64,000 bases of DNA. Origin: Sulfolobales archaeon. Its GTDB lineage: Archaea; Thermoproteota; Thermoprotei_A; Sulfolobales; AG1. The stretch spans positions 256,001-320,000 of the forward strand of contig JAWBYA010000001.1 in the NCBI GenBank assembly GCA_038867615.1, read 5' to 3'. Below the pieces are notes generated by a model, which worked only from the letters and a program-made list of their open reading frames with translations, was not told the origin of the DNA and made no database searches. The position numbers and the translations under genes were made by a program. Positions 51,621-61,838 of the stretch are shown here, piece after piece; position 1 is the first letter of the stretch; each line of letters starts with the position of its first letter.

Positions 51621-53108
51621 ATGGGGAGAGGGAGATACATAGCTGTAGTGGTTATAAGCACTATCGTTATAAGCCTGGCGATATACCTAGCCCCATATGC
51701 GGAATCCTTGTTCGGGAAATCTAGGTCTAGCATAATATTCTTAATAACATTCCGTGACGATCAAGGAGAGCGTATCCAGCTATCCAGAGATATAGTGCTC
51801 TATACACAGGTTTTCGCTACAACGGTCGAGGGAAGCAGGTTCGAAGACGTTAAAGTCGAGGTTCTCAGGGGAAGGGTGAACGAATCCGTCATGGTTGGGT
51901 CTATCATAGTGCTTAAGCCCGAGGGAAAATTTGGAGAGGTTGTGAGAGAATGGGTTGAATATATAGAGAAGAGGAGTTTGAACCCGAAGACATCGTCGAG
52001 CGTTCAGATTAACCTATGGGTGGTAAACACATCGTCAGGAGAGATTATTGCGAGGCTCAGTCGATACTATACATACGAGCCTGTAGCAATAGCGAGCGGT
52101 AAGTCAATAGTAATAGAAGTGGATGTAGCCATATCTTCTACAAATGGTGGGTTGCGGTTGTTATATGAGCATAAGAATCAGGATATAAACTGTATTCTAA
52201 CATATTGGGAGCGTTTATGGCATATAGGGCCAGAGAACTTTACGGGGAAGCCTTACGTGATATACGATCCAGGAGACGCTACGTATTATACGAAGACGCC
52301 CCTCATAGCAGTAATTAACCATGCACTAAGCCCTATCATTACGACGATCATAGCCCCCTATAGAACAAGCTGGTCAGCATCAATAGGCATGGGGTATGGG
52401 TTGCAGGAAAAGGGGCTAGATGCTAATGTTACTATCTATAAGGCTGGAATTGTGAGGGAGGATTATGTATATTTTGGCTATATACTCTTAGCAAATCCGG
52501 GAGAGACTAAGAATATATACGTGTGGGCTAGACCGATAGCGGAATTCTATAGAGAAATCGAAATGAACACATGCACCGGGATCTCCACACCTACAGGGTA
52601 TGAGAAGCTCGATACCTACGTCAAATCCGTGAGGATCATCGATAAATATGGCTCAAAATACTATGATGGAGGCGTCGACTATGGGCTTCAAGACTGGCTA
52701 TACCAGTGGTTCTATGGGAGCCCTGTTTTCAGCGAGAACTATATAGGCTTTCTTGCGGCTGGAGATGCAAGACACCTTGCAGAGATCATTAGAAAATATG
52801 TTGACGTATGTAGTGCTGATTTCGAAATACCCATACCAGTAGGCGCTATGGCAGCCACACTGCTAGCATCCCATGGGTTTTCACCCATATTCACCGAGTT
52901 TGTAGCCAGCATGAGCGCTTCTGCAGGAGACACAGACCCCTTGAGACCATCCTTCAGCGGAGGTATTGATAATAACGGCTTCTATTTGGTGTATATATAC
53001 CTTAGACTCACCAACTATAAATATAGACTAGACCCTCCATGGCGGTGTCTCCAGTGCTCTCCATGCTATCATAACGTACCGGTCTCCATGATCTTTATTG
53101 TGAGGTGA
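51621..53108 (+). CDS. Secreted/membrane-anchored hypothetical protein
   Basis: MGRGRY plus hydrophobic helix; Tyr/Trp-rich; C-terminal hydrophobic segment and Cys cluster. Confidence 0.75.
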   Translation: MGRGRYIAVVVISTIVISLAIYLAPYAESLFGKSRSSIIFLITFRDDQGERIQLSRDIVLYTQVFATTVEGSRFEDVKVEVLRGRVNESVMVGSIIVLKPEGKFGEVVREWVEYIEKRSLNPKTSSSVQINLWVVNTSSGEIIARLSRYYTYEPVAIASGKSIVIEVDVAISSTNGGLRLLYEHKNQDINCILTYWERLWHIGPENFTGKPYVIYDPGDATYYTKTPLIAVINHALSPIITTIIAPYRTSWSASIGMGYGLQEKGLDANVTIYKAGIVREDYVYFGYILLANPGETKNIYVWARPIAEFYREIEMNTCTGISTPTGYEKLDTYVKSVRIIDKYGSKYYDGGVDYGLQDWLYQWFYGSPVFSENYIGFLAAGDARHLAEIIRKYVDVCSADFEIPIPVGAMAATLLASHGFSPIFTEFVASMSASAGDTDPLRPSFSGGIDNNGFYLVYIYLRLTNYKYRLDPPWRCLQCSPCYHNVPVSMIFIVR

Positions 53109-53141
53109 GCTATAGATTTATATAATCTATGGAGGATGGTT

Positions 53142-55589
53142 TTATACTTCTGTGGATTTCCTCAGGATCCATATGCCTTCCGCTATCTCTTCAGCGTTTT
53201 CTCCAGGTTTCCCTATAGCTATCTCTGGGATCCTGTGTAGATCCTTTATCTCCCTCTCTATATCCCTGGCATTCTGGTTATCTATATATAGTGTTGCGTT
53301 GAGTTTTTCCGAGAACCTCATGTTCCTCTCTTTCTTATACTTCCACACTGCTGAGTTGACCTTTATCATTAGGTTGAGGGGTTCTTGGGACCAGTTTCTC
53401 CACTCTCTATGTTCTTCTGGGAATCTCTCTAGATGAATAGATCTTCCTTTGAGTGTTCTCCATATATAGTCTGTTGAGAAGGGCATTATGGGGGCTAGGA
53501 TCTTTAGTATCGCTTCCAAAGCCCTGTGTAGAGTGTACCAGGCTCCTCTCTGCTCTTCCTCGCTATATGTTTTCTCATTATTATAGGCTCTCGTCTTCAC
53601 AGCCTCTATGTAGTGATCTGCAAAGATGTTCCATGCGAAGTCATATATAGCGTGTATAGGCTCGTAGACATCGAACTCTGAGTATGCTTTATCAACCCTC
53701 TCTATGGTCTCTGCGAGCTTTGCGAGGAGAGCCTTATCTATTTCTCTCAACACATAGCCCTCGGAGGGGTCTGGGAATCTTGAGATGAATCTCGAGATAT
53801 TGACTAGCTTTGTTACGAAGAGAGATCCTGTTCTGATCATATTCTCACTAAACCTATAGTCATAGCCGAGCTTCGCAGCCCCTGCAGCCCAGAATCTAAA
53901 GGCGTCGGCACCGTATCTCTCTAGCAGGGGTTCTGGGTCTATAACGTTACCCTTGCTCTTATGCATAGCCTCGCCCTTCTCATCAAGCCCCATACCGCTT
54001 ATCCTAACCCATCTAAAGGCGGGGATGTTTAGGAGTAGATAGACCCTGAGTATTGTGTAGTAGAGCCATGTCCTTATGATCTCGTACCCCTGGGGTCTCA
54101 GGATATTACCAACAGCCTGGGAGAAGAGCTTCTCATCCCTCATATATCCCGAGACATAGAGGGGGGATATGCTTGAATCGAACCATGTGTCGAAAACCCT
54201 CTTATCACCCTCAAGCTTCTCCTTACCAGCACCGCATACCGGGCATCTCTCGAATGGGGGTGGGTCTCTCCATGGTCTATAGTACTTGCCCGGCTCTGGG
54301 ACTAGGTATGATCCGCATGATGTGCATCTCCAAAGCGGGATCTCTGTGGCATAGTATCTAGTCTTAGAGACAGGCCAGTCTATCCTTAGGCTCTTTATCC
54401 AGTCTATGAGCTTCTGTCTATGGAACTCTGGTTTGAACTCCATCTTATTGCTAATATCTATGAGCTTATCGGCAAACTCCAGCTGTTTTAGAAAGAGCTC
54501 TCTCGAATGGATTATCTCAACAGGTGTGCCGCACCTCCAGCACGTGGGTGCTCTCCTAGGCCCTAGCTTCTCAACCTTCTCCAAGACCCCAATGGATCTC
54601 AGGATCTCGGCTATCTTTTTCCTAGCCTCTGCTATGGTTAGCCCCTTAAGCTCTCCTGAGAGTTCGTTCATTCTCCCACTCTTATCTATAACGATCCTCG
54701 CCTTATCGATCAGCCCAAGCTCTCTCAGGATCCTGAGGTCCCTTGTATCGCCATAGCTACACACCATCTCTATCCCAGTACCGAACGATGGATCCACCTC
54801 TTGGTGTGTGATTACTGGAACCTCGTATCCATATATAGGAACCCTCCCCCTAGCCCCCTCGAGACCCTGGTATCTAGGATCGTTGGGGTTATAGGCTAGA
54901 GCCATCATAGCTCCAAGGAGCTCTGGTCTTGTTGTTGCGATAGTTACGCTCTTTCCATTGTTGAGCTCGATCCTTATGTGGTAGAGCTCTGCAGGCTTCT
55001 CAGCATACTCGATCTCAGCCTCTGCTAGGGTTGTCATGCATCTCGGGCACCAGTAGACAGGCCTCTCAGCCTCATAGATAAGGCCTCTCCTCCACATCTC
55101 TATGAATGTTGCCTGTGTTAGCCTCCTATACTCCTGGCTATCTGTTCCATTTTCCCAGTACTCGAAAGAGCATCCAAGCCTCTTCCAGATCTTCACAAGA
55201 TCCTTCTCAACCTCGTCAAGCTTCTCCTTGCATAGTGAGAGGAACTTCTCCCTACCCTCTGGTGTTTTCGCAATCTCGTGGGGGTTGATTCCTGTCTGCC
55301 TCTCAACAAGGATCTCTACTGGGAGGCCGTTTCTATCGGCATACCATGGAGCAATAACCCTGTAGCCCTTCATCCTCATATACCTAGCAACCATATCTAT
55401 CTGGGCATAGTGGGCAGCGCCTCCCACATGCCACTTCCCAGAGGTATATGGTGGGGGTGTATCTATAACTACAAGGCCTTTGTCACCCCCATACGTTGAT
55501 GATCTATATAGACCTTCGCTCTCCCAGAGAGCTACAAGCTCAGTCTCTCTCCTAGGATTCCATCTCTTCTCGATAGCATCCTCGCCCAT
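53142..55589 (-). CDS. valS: Valine--tRNA ligase
   Basis: DTPPPYTSGKWHVGG (HIGH-like), ATTRPEL, DTWFDSS, AMHKS (KMSKS-like). Confidence 0.95.
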   Translation of the reverse strand: MGEDAIEKRWNPRRETELVALWESEGLYRSSTYGGDKGLVVIDTPPPYTSGKWHVGGAAHYAQIDMVARYMRMKGYRVIAPWYADRNGLPVEILVERQTGINPHEIAKTPEGREKFLSLCKEKLDEVEKDLVKIWKRLGCSFEYWENGTDSQEYRRLTQATFIEMWRRGLIYEAERPVYWCPRCMTTLAEAEIEYAEKPAELYHIRIELNNGKSVTIATTRPELLGAMMALAYNPNDPRYQGLEGARGRVPIYGYEVPVITHQEVDPSFGTGIEMVCSYGDTRDLRILRELGLIDKARIVIDKSGRMNELSGELKGLTIAEARKKIAEILRSIGVLEKVEKLGPRRAPTCWRCGTPVEIIHSRELFLKQLEFADKLIDISNKMEFKPEFHRQKLIDWIKSLRIDWPVSKTRYYATEIPLWRCTSCGSYLVPEPGKYYRPWRDPPPFERCPVCGAGKEKLEGDKRVFDTWFDSSISPLYVSGYMRDEKLFSQAVGNILRPQGYEIIRTWLYYTILRVYLLLNIPAFRWVRISGMGLDEKGEAMHKSKGNVIDPEPLLERYGADAFRFWAAGAAKLGYDYRFSENMIRTGSLFVTKLVNISRFISRFPDPSEGYVLREIDKALLAKLAETIERVDKAYSEFDVYEPIHAIYDFAWNIFADHYIEAVKTRAYNNEKTYSEEEQRGAWYTLHRALEAILKILAPIMPFSTDYIWRTLKGRSIHLERFPEEHREWRNWSQEPLNLMIKVNSAVWKYKKERNMRFSEKLNATLYIDNQNARDIEREIKDLHRIPEIAIGKPGENAEEIAEGIWILRKSTEV

Positions 55590-55636
55590 CTATCCACCTC
55601 TGTGCTATATAATAACGCCATGGTCTATATATGATT

Positions 55637-55690
55637 AGATGATGAGGCCGCTCCGAACCAAATGGTGAGGAGCTCGCGACGAACTGATCC
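55637..55690 (+). ncRNA. C/D-box methylation guide sRNA
   Basis: C box ATGATGA (55639), 12-nt guide, D'-like CCAA, C'-like TGGTGA, second guide, D box CTGA (55684-55687); intergenic, about 50 nt. Confidence 0.75.
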
Positions 55691-55905
55691 GTTAAACTGG
55701 ATTTTCGTTTCGATCTACCCGGGTTATTTCGTTGGTATCGAGTATCTTTGTTTGCTCAGCAATAAGTTCTATTCATTCTATTCATAGAGTTTCTCCCACT
55801 CATTGCCGTGGGACTCATATATCCTGGCTCTCTCTAACCTGCAAGCTCGGATCTTTATCTACGCTTATATCATGGTTAAATATTCCTTTTATAGAATAGC
55901 GAGGA

Positions 55906-56120
55906 TCTGTGGAAAGGGGTTTCGGGTTTCATAGCGGTTTTCTCTATCAACAGCTCTTCCCATGGCTTCGATGGCTTCATAGGCCTCCACCCGTCCAGAG
56001 AAACCCCAACCCACAGCACCACATAGCACTGCTCCGGCTCATCTGCTCGGATCTCTATCCTCACCCTCACTGCTGAGCAGCAGCCCATAGAGTAATAGAG
56101 CCCACGTAATGTTCCACAGA
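55906..56120 (-). mobile_element. Second long copy of tnpB-3'-end-like element, bounded by a 9-bp inverted repeat
   Basis: Shares ctattactctatgg, gagcagtgctatg, gctgtgggttgggg, gggtggaggcc, ctatgaagcca and aaccgctatgaaacccgaa with the 33.5-kb copy; ends tctgtggaa/ttccacaga. Confidence 0.6.
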
Positions 56121-56205
56121 GACAAATTCAATATCAACACCTGTAAACCGCCATGAAATTCGGGACAGCTGGCTACGGCTTATCTAGTCCTAATGGGCAT
56201 AGTAC

Positions 56206-56811
56206 TTGGTCACATTACTGGGTGGAAGCGTGTCCGGTGAGAAGGGCGGTGTGATGCCTGGGGTAACTAGGTTGTCGACAAAGATACCGTTAGAGAGGGT
56301 TGGGGTTGTCATTGGTAATAGGGCTGCTGTTCTCGATATGCTTAGGAGGAGGCTTGGTGTGTCTGTGAGTGTTGATAGCTCTTCTGGCAATGTAACCATA
56401 GAGCCTCTCTCCCAGGGGACGCCTGTTGCTAATCTTCTAAAGGCTAAGGAGTTTATAGAGGCTATAGGCTATGGCTTTTCTCCTGAGAGGGCTGAGAGGG
56501 TTCTTGACGAGGATCAGGTGCTTGTGGTGATAGATCTCAAGGGGATTGTTGGCGATTCGGAGAGCAATCTGAGAAGGATCAAGGGGAGGATAATAGGAGA
56601 GGAGGGCAGGGCTAGAAGGAATATTGAGGAGATAACCAACACCTATATATCGGTTGCTGAGACTGCTGTAGCCATAATAGGGAGCTATGAGGAGGCTGAG
56701 GTGGCTAGACAGGCTATAGAGATGCTGATAGAGGGTAAACAGCACTCAACAGTCTATAAGCATGCTGAGAGGATGATGAGCAGGCTGGGGAGGAGGCCGA
56801 AGATATGGTGA
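56206..56811 (+). CDS. KH-domain pre-rRNA processing protein (Pno1/Dim2-like)
   Basis: IPLERVGVVIG, GFSPERA, KGRIIGEEG, HSTVY; true start may be a few codons downstream. Confidence 0.92.
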   Translation: MVTLLGGSVSGEKGGVMPGVTRLSTKIPLERVGVVIGNRAAVLDMLRRRLGVSVSVDSSSGNVTIEPLSQGTPVANLLKAKEFIEAIGYGFSPERAERVLDEDQVLVVIDLKGIVGDSESNLRRIKGRIIGEEGRARRNIEEITNTYISVAETAVAIIGSYEEAEVARQAIEMLIEGKQHSTVYKHAERMMSRLGRRPKIW

Positions 56812-56814
56812 TAG

Positions 56815-57540
56815 TTGCCTATGGATCCTGGGAGGGGTCTGGAGCGGTGTGTTAAAAGCCTGTTAGAGGTTTTTGAGAGATCCTCCAGGGTTCTTGAGGA
56901 GTCACAATGGTTCCCAAGCGATCCTGGATCGACGAGGTGGTGGGGAGGGGTAGAAACACCACTAGAGATCATAGTTACAGCGATTCTTGTTAAGCTCAGC
57001 AGGTGGAAGACAGCTTTAACAGCCCTTGAGAATATGAAGCAGAGAGGGCTTCTAGACCTCCCGAGACTCTCAAGGTCAAGCATAGATGAGATAGCCGAAG
57101 CTATAAGGGGGGTTGGGTTTGTTAGAAGCAAAGCCTGGACTCTAATAGCTATTTCGAGATATATAGAGAGTATAGGTGGGATAGAGGCTCTAAAGAATAT
57201 GGATACCGCTATTGCTAGGAAGGAACTGCTAAGGATAGACGGTATTGGGAGGGAGACAGCTGACTCGATACTTCTCTTCGCACTAAACAAACCCGTCTTC
57301 CCCGTCACGAGACTCTCACTAAGGGTTCTCAGGAGATACTGTGGAGAGGATGCAGGTGATTACAGCAATGTCGGGGAGAGAATAGAGGAATCACTTGAGA
57401 GGGATCTCTATAAGCTTAAACTTCTCCACGCCGGGCTTACCAGTATAGCTAGTAGGTATTGTAGGAATAGCAAGCCCCTCTGCGGGTCTTGTTTGTTGAG
57501 GGACAGATGCTCATACGGATCCTCTGGGCAGGTTGGTTAA
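56815..57540 (+). CDS. HhH-GPD endonuclease III-related protein
   Basis: EIIVTAILV, GIGRETADSILLFAL, C-terminal C-x6-C-x2-C-x5-C Fe-S motif. Confidence 0.88.
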   Translation: MPMDPGRGLERCVKSLLEVFERSSRVLEESQWFPSDPGSTRWWGGVETPLEIIVTAILVKLSRWKTALTALENMKQRGLLDLPRLSRSSIDEIAEAIRGVGFVRSKAWTLIAISRYIESIGGIEALKNMDTAIARKELLRIDGIGRETADSILLFALNKPVFPVTRLSLRVLRRYCGEDAGDYSNVGERIEESLERDLYKLKLLHAGLTSIASRYCRNSKPLCGSCLLRDRCSYGSSGQVG

Positions 57541-57633
57541 TAGTATTGTAGAGGCGGCGCTCGTCCCAAGCATTGCTGGATATATGGTGAAGAAGCCGGG
57601 CCGGGTTGTTTGATGATGGTCTGTATAAAAATT

Positions 57634-57837
57634 CTATTTATTATTTCCACTAGCCCTCATGATAATTATCTTGCCGTTCTCCTGTTTGATCAGCAGTGTT
57701 TCTACTTCTTTTCTCCACCTGCATGTGCATCTATATAGATATGTTACTCTCCTCATGCCGTCGGAGATATATGTTTCTATAACGAACTCCGCTTTTCTAC
57801 CGCATCTGGGGCATAGTGTTTGCTTTGCTATGCTCAT
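57634..57837 (-). CDS. Small zinc-ribbon protein
   Basis: CPRCG and YRCTC motifs. Confidence 0.65.
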   Translation of the reverse strand: MSIAKQTLCPRCGRKAEFVIETYISDGMRRVTYLYRCTCRWRKEVETLLIKQENGKIIIMRASGNNK

Positions 57838-57956
57838 TTCACATATCCCTCTATGTTTGCTCTCTATCCGTGTGAGAATATGTTTCAAGGATAATATTTT
57901 CTATCGCTCGTCACGATTCTCAGGTTCCAGGAGATCCTGAGGAGATCTCTGGATGT

Positions 57957-58769
57957 CTAGGCGCCGAACCTTCTCTCGCGCATTTGGTATGATCTTATCG
58001 CTCTTAGGAGATCTATTTTTCTGAATTCTGGCCAGTAGGCTTCGCAGAAATAGAGCTCTGAGTATGCTGACTGCCATAGTAGGAAGTTGCTTATCCTCAT
58101 CTCGCCGGAGGTTCTTATAACCAGATCAGGCTCTTGATCTACTTCTAGATATTTTACAAGAAGATCTTCGGTTATCTCCTCAGGATCTATGTATCCTTGT
58201 TTAGCATCCCTCGCTATCCTCCTAATAGCGTCTATGATCTCCTGCCTGCCCCCATAGCAGAGAGCTATGTTCACAAGCCTTTCTGCGTTGTCTCTGGTAA
58301 CTGCCTCAGCCTCTCTAGCAGCTGATCTAAGGCTTTGGGACACCAGATCCAGCCTCCCCGTCACCTTGATCCTAGCCCCTCTCTTCTGAGCTTCTTCTGT
58401 AAGCTCTCTTAATCCTCTCTCTATGAGTGAGTATAGGTATTTCTTCTCATCCTCAGACCTCTTTGTACAGTTCTCATAGGACATGGCATAGACAGTAACT
58501 ATCCTTACCCCAAGATCGTATAGCCAGTTAAGCACCTCCTTCATCTTCTTATAACCACTCTCATGCCCAGCATACTTTGGAAGACCCATCATAGAAGCCC
58601 ATCTCCTATTGCCATCAGGTATTATCGCAACATGGGTGGGGATAGGTCCTCGGGCTATCTGCTCCTTCAAGCTCTCCTCGTATAGCTTATATGCTATACC
58701 CATAAGGGGTTTGGCAAGCCGCATTAGGAATAGAAGGAATCTTCTGCTTGGCTTGCCTCTCAATCCCAT
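57957..58769 (-). CDS. uppS: Polyprenyl diphosphate synthase (cis-prenyltransferase)
   Basis: HVAIIPDGNRRWA, YGGRQEI, IRTSGEMRISNFLLWQ. Confidence 0.96.
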   Translation of the reverse strand: MGLRGKPSRRFLLFLMRLAKPLMGIAYKLYEESLKEQIARGPIPTHVAIIPDGNRRWASMMGLPKYAGHESGYKKMKEVLNWLYDLGVRIVTVYAMSYENCTKRSEDEKKYLYSLIERGLRELTEEAQKRGARIKVTGRLDLVSQSLRSAAREAEAVTRDNAERLVNIALCYGGRQEIIDAIRRIARDAKQGYIDPEEITEDLLVKYLEVDQEPDLVIRTSGEMRISNFLLWQSAYSELYFCEAYWPEFRKIDLLRAIRSYQMRERRFGA

Positions 58770-59011
58770 GCTATCTATCCATTTTAATGTTATGTGAAAA
58801 ATATTAATAACAACAGGGTAAGCTTAACCGCTTGTCTCTAGATATTAGTTCCAATCACTTTATTTTATTCACGTCTAATCCAGGGTAAGTGTGATAGAGC
58901 TTTGCCCTTGTGACTACGATATCTTACAATGGTTAAAACCTGGAAGATACCTGAGAAGGATTATTCTATGTTCTTATCTATCCGTTTAGCACAATACTGG
59001 GCGGATAGTCC

Positions 59012-59635
59012 ATGTCATATGTAATTGCGATAACAGGTGCTAGTGGAACTATATATGGGTTAAGAACCGTTGAAGAGCTATCAAAGATCTCGAGGGTTGA
59101 TGTGATAATAACCAGGGAGGCCTTGAAGGTGTCTGAGTATGAGTGTTTACCTAGTAAGGATCTAATAGATAGGATAAGATCTATAACGAGCAATCTATAC
59201 TTCGAAGAAGAGCTCGAGGCCCCTCCAAGCTCTTCCAGCTACCTGGCAAGGGTGAAGGGTGTTGCTATAACACCCTGTTCCCTCACAACCCTTGCAAAGA
59301 TAGCGTCCGGGGTGGCTGATAATCTCGTCACGAGAACAGCTATAAACGCCCTCAGGATCAGAAAACCCCTGGTTCTCCTAATAAGGGAGACACCTCTGGG
59401 TGTTATCGAGCTGAGAAACATGCTCTCAGCAGCCGAGGCTGGGGCGATAATACTCCCAGCATCACCCGGCTTCTATAACTTACCGATGAGCGTAGATGAT
59501 ATGGTTAACTTCGTTGTGGGTAAGGTGCTTGATATGTTGGGGGTTGATCACGATATATATAGGAGATGGGATCCCAGAACGGTTACTCGAGATCAAAATC
59601 CTTGCCGCCAAGCTTCTTCGAGATCAAGCCCTTAA
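59012..59635 (+). CDS. ubiX: Flavin prenyltransferase
   Basis: ITGASGTIYG, PCSLTTLAKIASG, RETPL, PASPGFY. Confidence 0.95.
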   Translation: MSYVIAITGASGTIYGLRTVEELSKISRVDVIITREALKVSEYECLPSKDLIDRIRSITSNLYFEEELEAPPSSSSYLARVKGVAITPCSLTTLAKIASGVADNLVTRTAINALRIRKPLVLLIRETPLGVIELRNMLSAAEAGAIILPASPGFYNLPMSVDDMVNFVVGKVLDMLGVDHDIYRRWDPRTVTRDQNPCRQASSRSSP

Positions 59636-60140
59636 GCCTCTTAGCCTTCTCCTCCTCCCTCTCAAGCTCTTTCAACATATCGTCACCACTCGACCTCCTC
59701 TCCCTCCCCACTGCGTAGAGGCATGAGCCGTCTGGGAGGAGGTAGAATTTCTCGCAGGATGCGAACTGGCATACTCCTCCGATGCATAGGTCGTTAACCC
59801 AGTTGCAGAAGGCGGCGAATTTTATAGAGCCTCCTATATCTCTTCTAACAACGCTGATGGCTTTTTTGCCGCATTTGAAGTAGGGGCATAGTGGGTTGCA
59901 TTGTTTTCCATTGGGCATTGGTTTTAACTCTCCTTCTTCGATGCTTACTTCCCTAGCTACTCTTCTATCGGCTCTTCCAAACCTCTGGTCTCTATTGTCT
60001 CTACGATCATGGTATTGGTAGCCTCTATAATCCCTGCCATGTTCCCTGTCTCTTCTCTGATCCCTGTATTCTCTATCCCTAAAACCCCTATCCCTTTCCC
60101 AGGGTCTTGATCTTCCGCTCTCTCTGTCATGTTGGCTCAA
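59583..60140 (-). CDS. Hypothetical protein with Arg/Asp-rich N-terminus and Cys-rich domain
   Basis: RD/RE repeats in residues 1-63, then eight Cys in CNPLCPYFKC..FC....DLCIGGVCQFASC..SC. Confidence 0.8.
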   Translation of the reverse strand: MSQHDRESGRSRPWERDRGFRDREYRDQRRDREHGRDYRGYQYHDRRDNRDQRFGRADRRVAREVSIEEGELKPMPNGKQCNPLCPYFKCGKKAISVVRRDIGGSIKFAAFCNWVNDLCIGGVCQFASCEKFYLLPDGSCLYAVGRERRSSGDDMLKELEREEEKAKRLKGLISKKLGGKDFDLE

Positions 60141-60158
60141 GAAGTCAGCCTCTGTTCC

Positions 60159-60752
60159 TCAGAATTTTATCCACTTGAAGCCTATATATCTTACACTCCC
60201 ATTCTTACCAACTATAGCGTATATAAGTGTTTTCTTAACACTATGGCTAAGCCTCCCAGCCCTCACGATAGATATAGGGTCTATCGAGCTCTCCATGCTG
60301 AGGACATCGACTAGATAGGGGGCGTGCTCATAACCCGGTCCTTTCTCATAGACCGCGAAGGCTACTCCGAATTTCATGCCCGATCTAACGATATATCCTC
60401 TATCCCTCAGATCCTTGTACACTGTATATTCTAGCTCGAATCTACTCCCAAGTTTGGATGCGTATTCTCTATACTCCTCACAGCTTATCTCCCTAGCATT
60501 CATCACAAGCCTTAGAACTCTTTTCTCACATAGGTAGAGTGTCTCGAGCATGGAGAGTTCTAGAGGACCTTTATACCTCACACCAGGCTTGGGCTTCTTA
60601 ACACCGAAGGGTTTTCCATAAAAGCCTAAGGAGTAGATCTTCTCCCCAGCCTCGGGATCGAACACCAAGGATCTGGCACCAACTACTACAGCCTCAAAAG
60701 CAACATGTCCCCAGGTGTTTTTTGGTGTTTTTTTCTTCTCCTCTATGCCCAT
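60159..60752 (-). CDS. endA: tRNA-intron endonuclease, catalytic subunit
   Basis: VYKDLRDRGY.VRSGMKFG, Y..GPGYEHAPY, RLSHSVKK; crenarchaea-specific loop GFYGKP. Confidence 0.93.
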   Translation of the reverse strand: MGIEEKKKTPKNTWGHVAFEAVVVGARSLVFDPEAGEKIYSLGFYGKPFGVKKPKPGVRYKGPLELSMLETLYLCEKRVLRLVMNAREISCEEYREYASKLGSRFELEYTVYKDLRDRGYIVRSGMKFGVAFAVYEKGPGYEHAPYLVDVLSMESSIDPISIVRAGRLSHSVKKTLIYAIVGKNGSVRYIGFKWIKF

Positions 60753-60968
60753 TTGCTATCGCACCTATCTGCATAGGAGTGGAGAGATCTCTGTGGATTT
60801 ATAGGGTGTTGTCGAGCTCGATTGCGTGGTGCTCCCATCTACTGAGGGATCATCCTCAGGATGGCTTGGAGCGTTATCTCTGTTATCTAGTGTGATTAAA
60901 GCCGGCTTGTCGCCAAGAACCATGCTGGTTAAACCTGGTAGGAATCCCTCTAGAATGTTGGATAACCT

Positions 60969-61667
60969 CTATACTCTGTGCATAGCGACGTATTTGAGAT
61001 ATACTGAGAGCCTCCATATGGTGTCGGAGATCCCTTCTAGCCTCTCAACGATCTCCATAATTGGTAGCATTGTTTCTGGCGATTTAGAGAGGCCCTTGAC
61101 TATTGATGGCATCAGGGCTCTGTAGATCTCGTCCGCCTGTTCTTCGAGCTTTTCTATCTCTGCAGCATTGCCTGGGGCGGCTTTGGGGTTTATGTTTAGG
61201 CTTGTTAGGAGCTCCTCAAACTTTTTAGCTTCTTCTTCTACAACCTCGGCTAGGGATTCTATGGATCTTGCTATATCGCTTGGGATCGTGACCCCCGGCC
61301 CCAGGATCCCGAGGTATAGTGAGAGATCCGCTGTGCTCTCTCCAACAGTTATTATCCCTGTAATGATCTCGGCATATATATCCTTAAAGCTCAGCCCTAG
61401 ACCTGTTCTCACAAGATACTCGAGGGTTTTGAAACCCTCGGCCTGGAGATCCTCCTTAAGCTTTCTTATCTTCTCCTCCATATTTTTAACAGCATATGGG
61501 TTACCCCTACTGCCTCCTATGACTTCTCTCAACATCGATCTCAGCTCGAAGATCTCTGCCCTAAGGATCCTTGAATCACTGCTCATCTTCTCAAGCAAGT
61601 TCATCTCAGCAACACTCAGCCTACTCATATCATAGGGGTTTATGAACTCCTCAGCCACCCGCTCCAC
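60969..61667 (-). CDS. DUF47/PhoU-like helical protein
   Basis: IEKLEEQADEIYR, ERLEGISD. Confidence 0.75.
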   Translation of the reverse strand: MERVAEEFINPYDMSRLSVAEMNLLEKMSSDSRILRAEIFELRSMLREVIGGSRGNPYAVKNMEEKIRKLKEDLQAEGFKTLEYLVRTGLGLSFKDIYAEIITGIITVGESTADLSLYLGILGPGVTIPSDIARSIESLAEVVEEEAKKFEELLTSLNINPKAAPGNAAEIEKLEEQADEIYRALMPSIVKGLSKSPETMLPIMEIVERLEGISDTIWRLSVYLKYVAMHRV

Positions 61668-61838
61668 CTCATCTCAGTAGAATATAACATGAGAGCAAAT
61701 AAGTGATTAGGTTCTAAAGCGTTAATTATACAATCTCACAACATTTAAGGTTAAATAACATGGTTTCTCTCAGGCCTGGTCAAAACTTACTAAAACCACC
61801 TACTTTTGCCTCCGAACCTTATTATAACTTGATGAAGG

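Noticed and set aside
57541-57633. TGGTGA/TGATGA motifs as an sRNA
   Set aside because: No CTGA D box in register.
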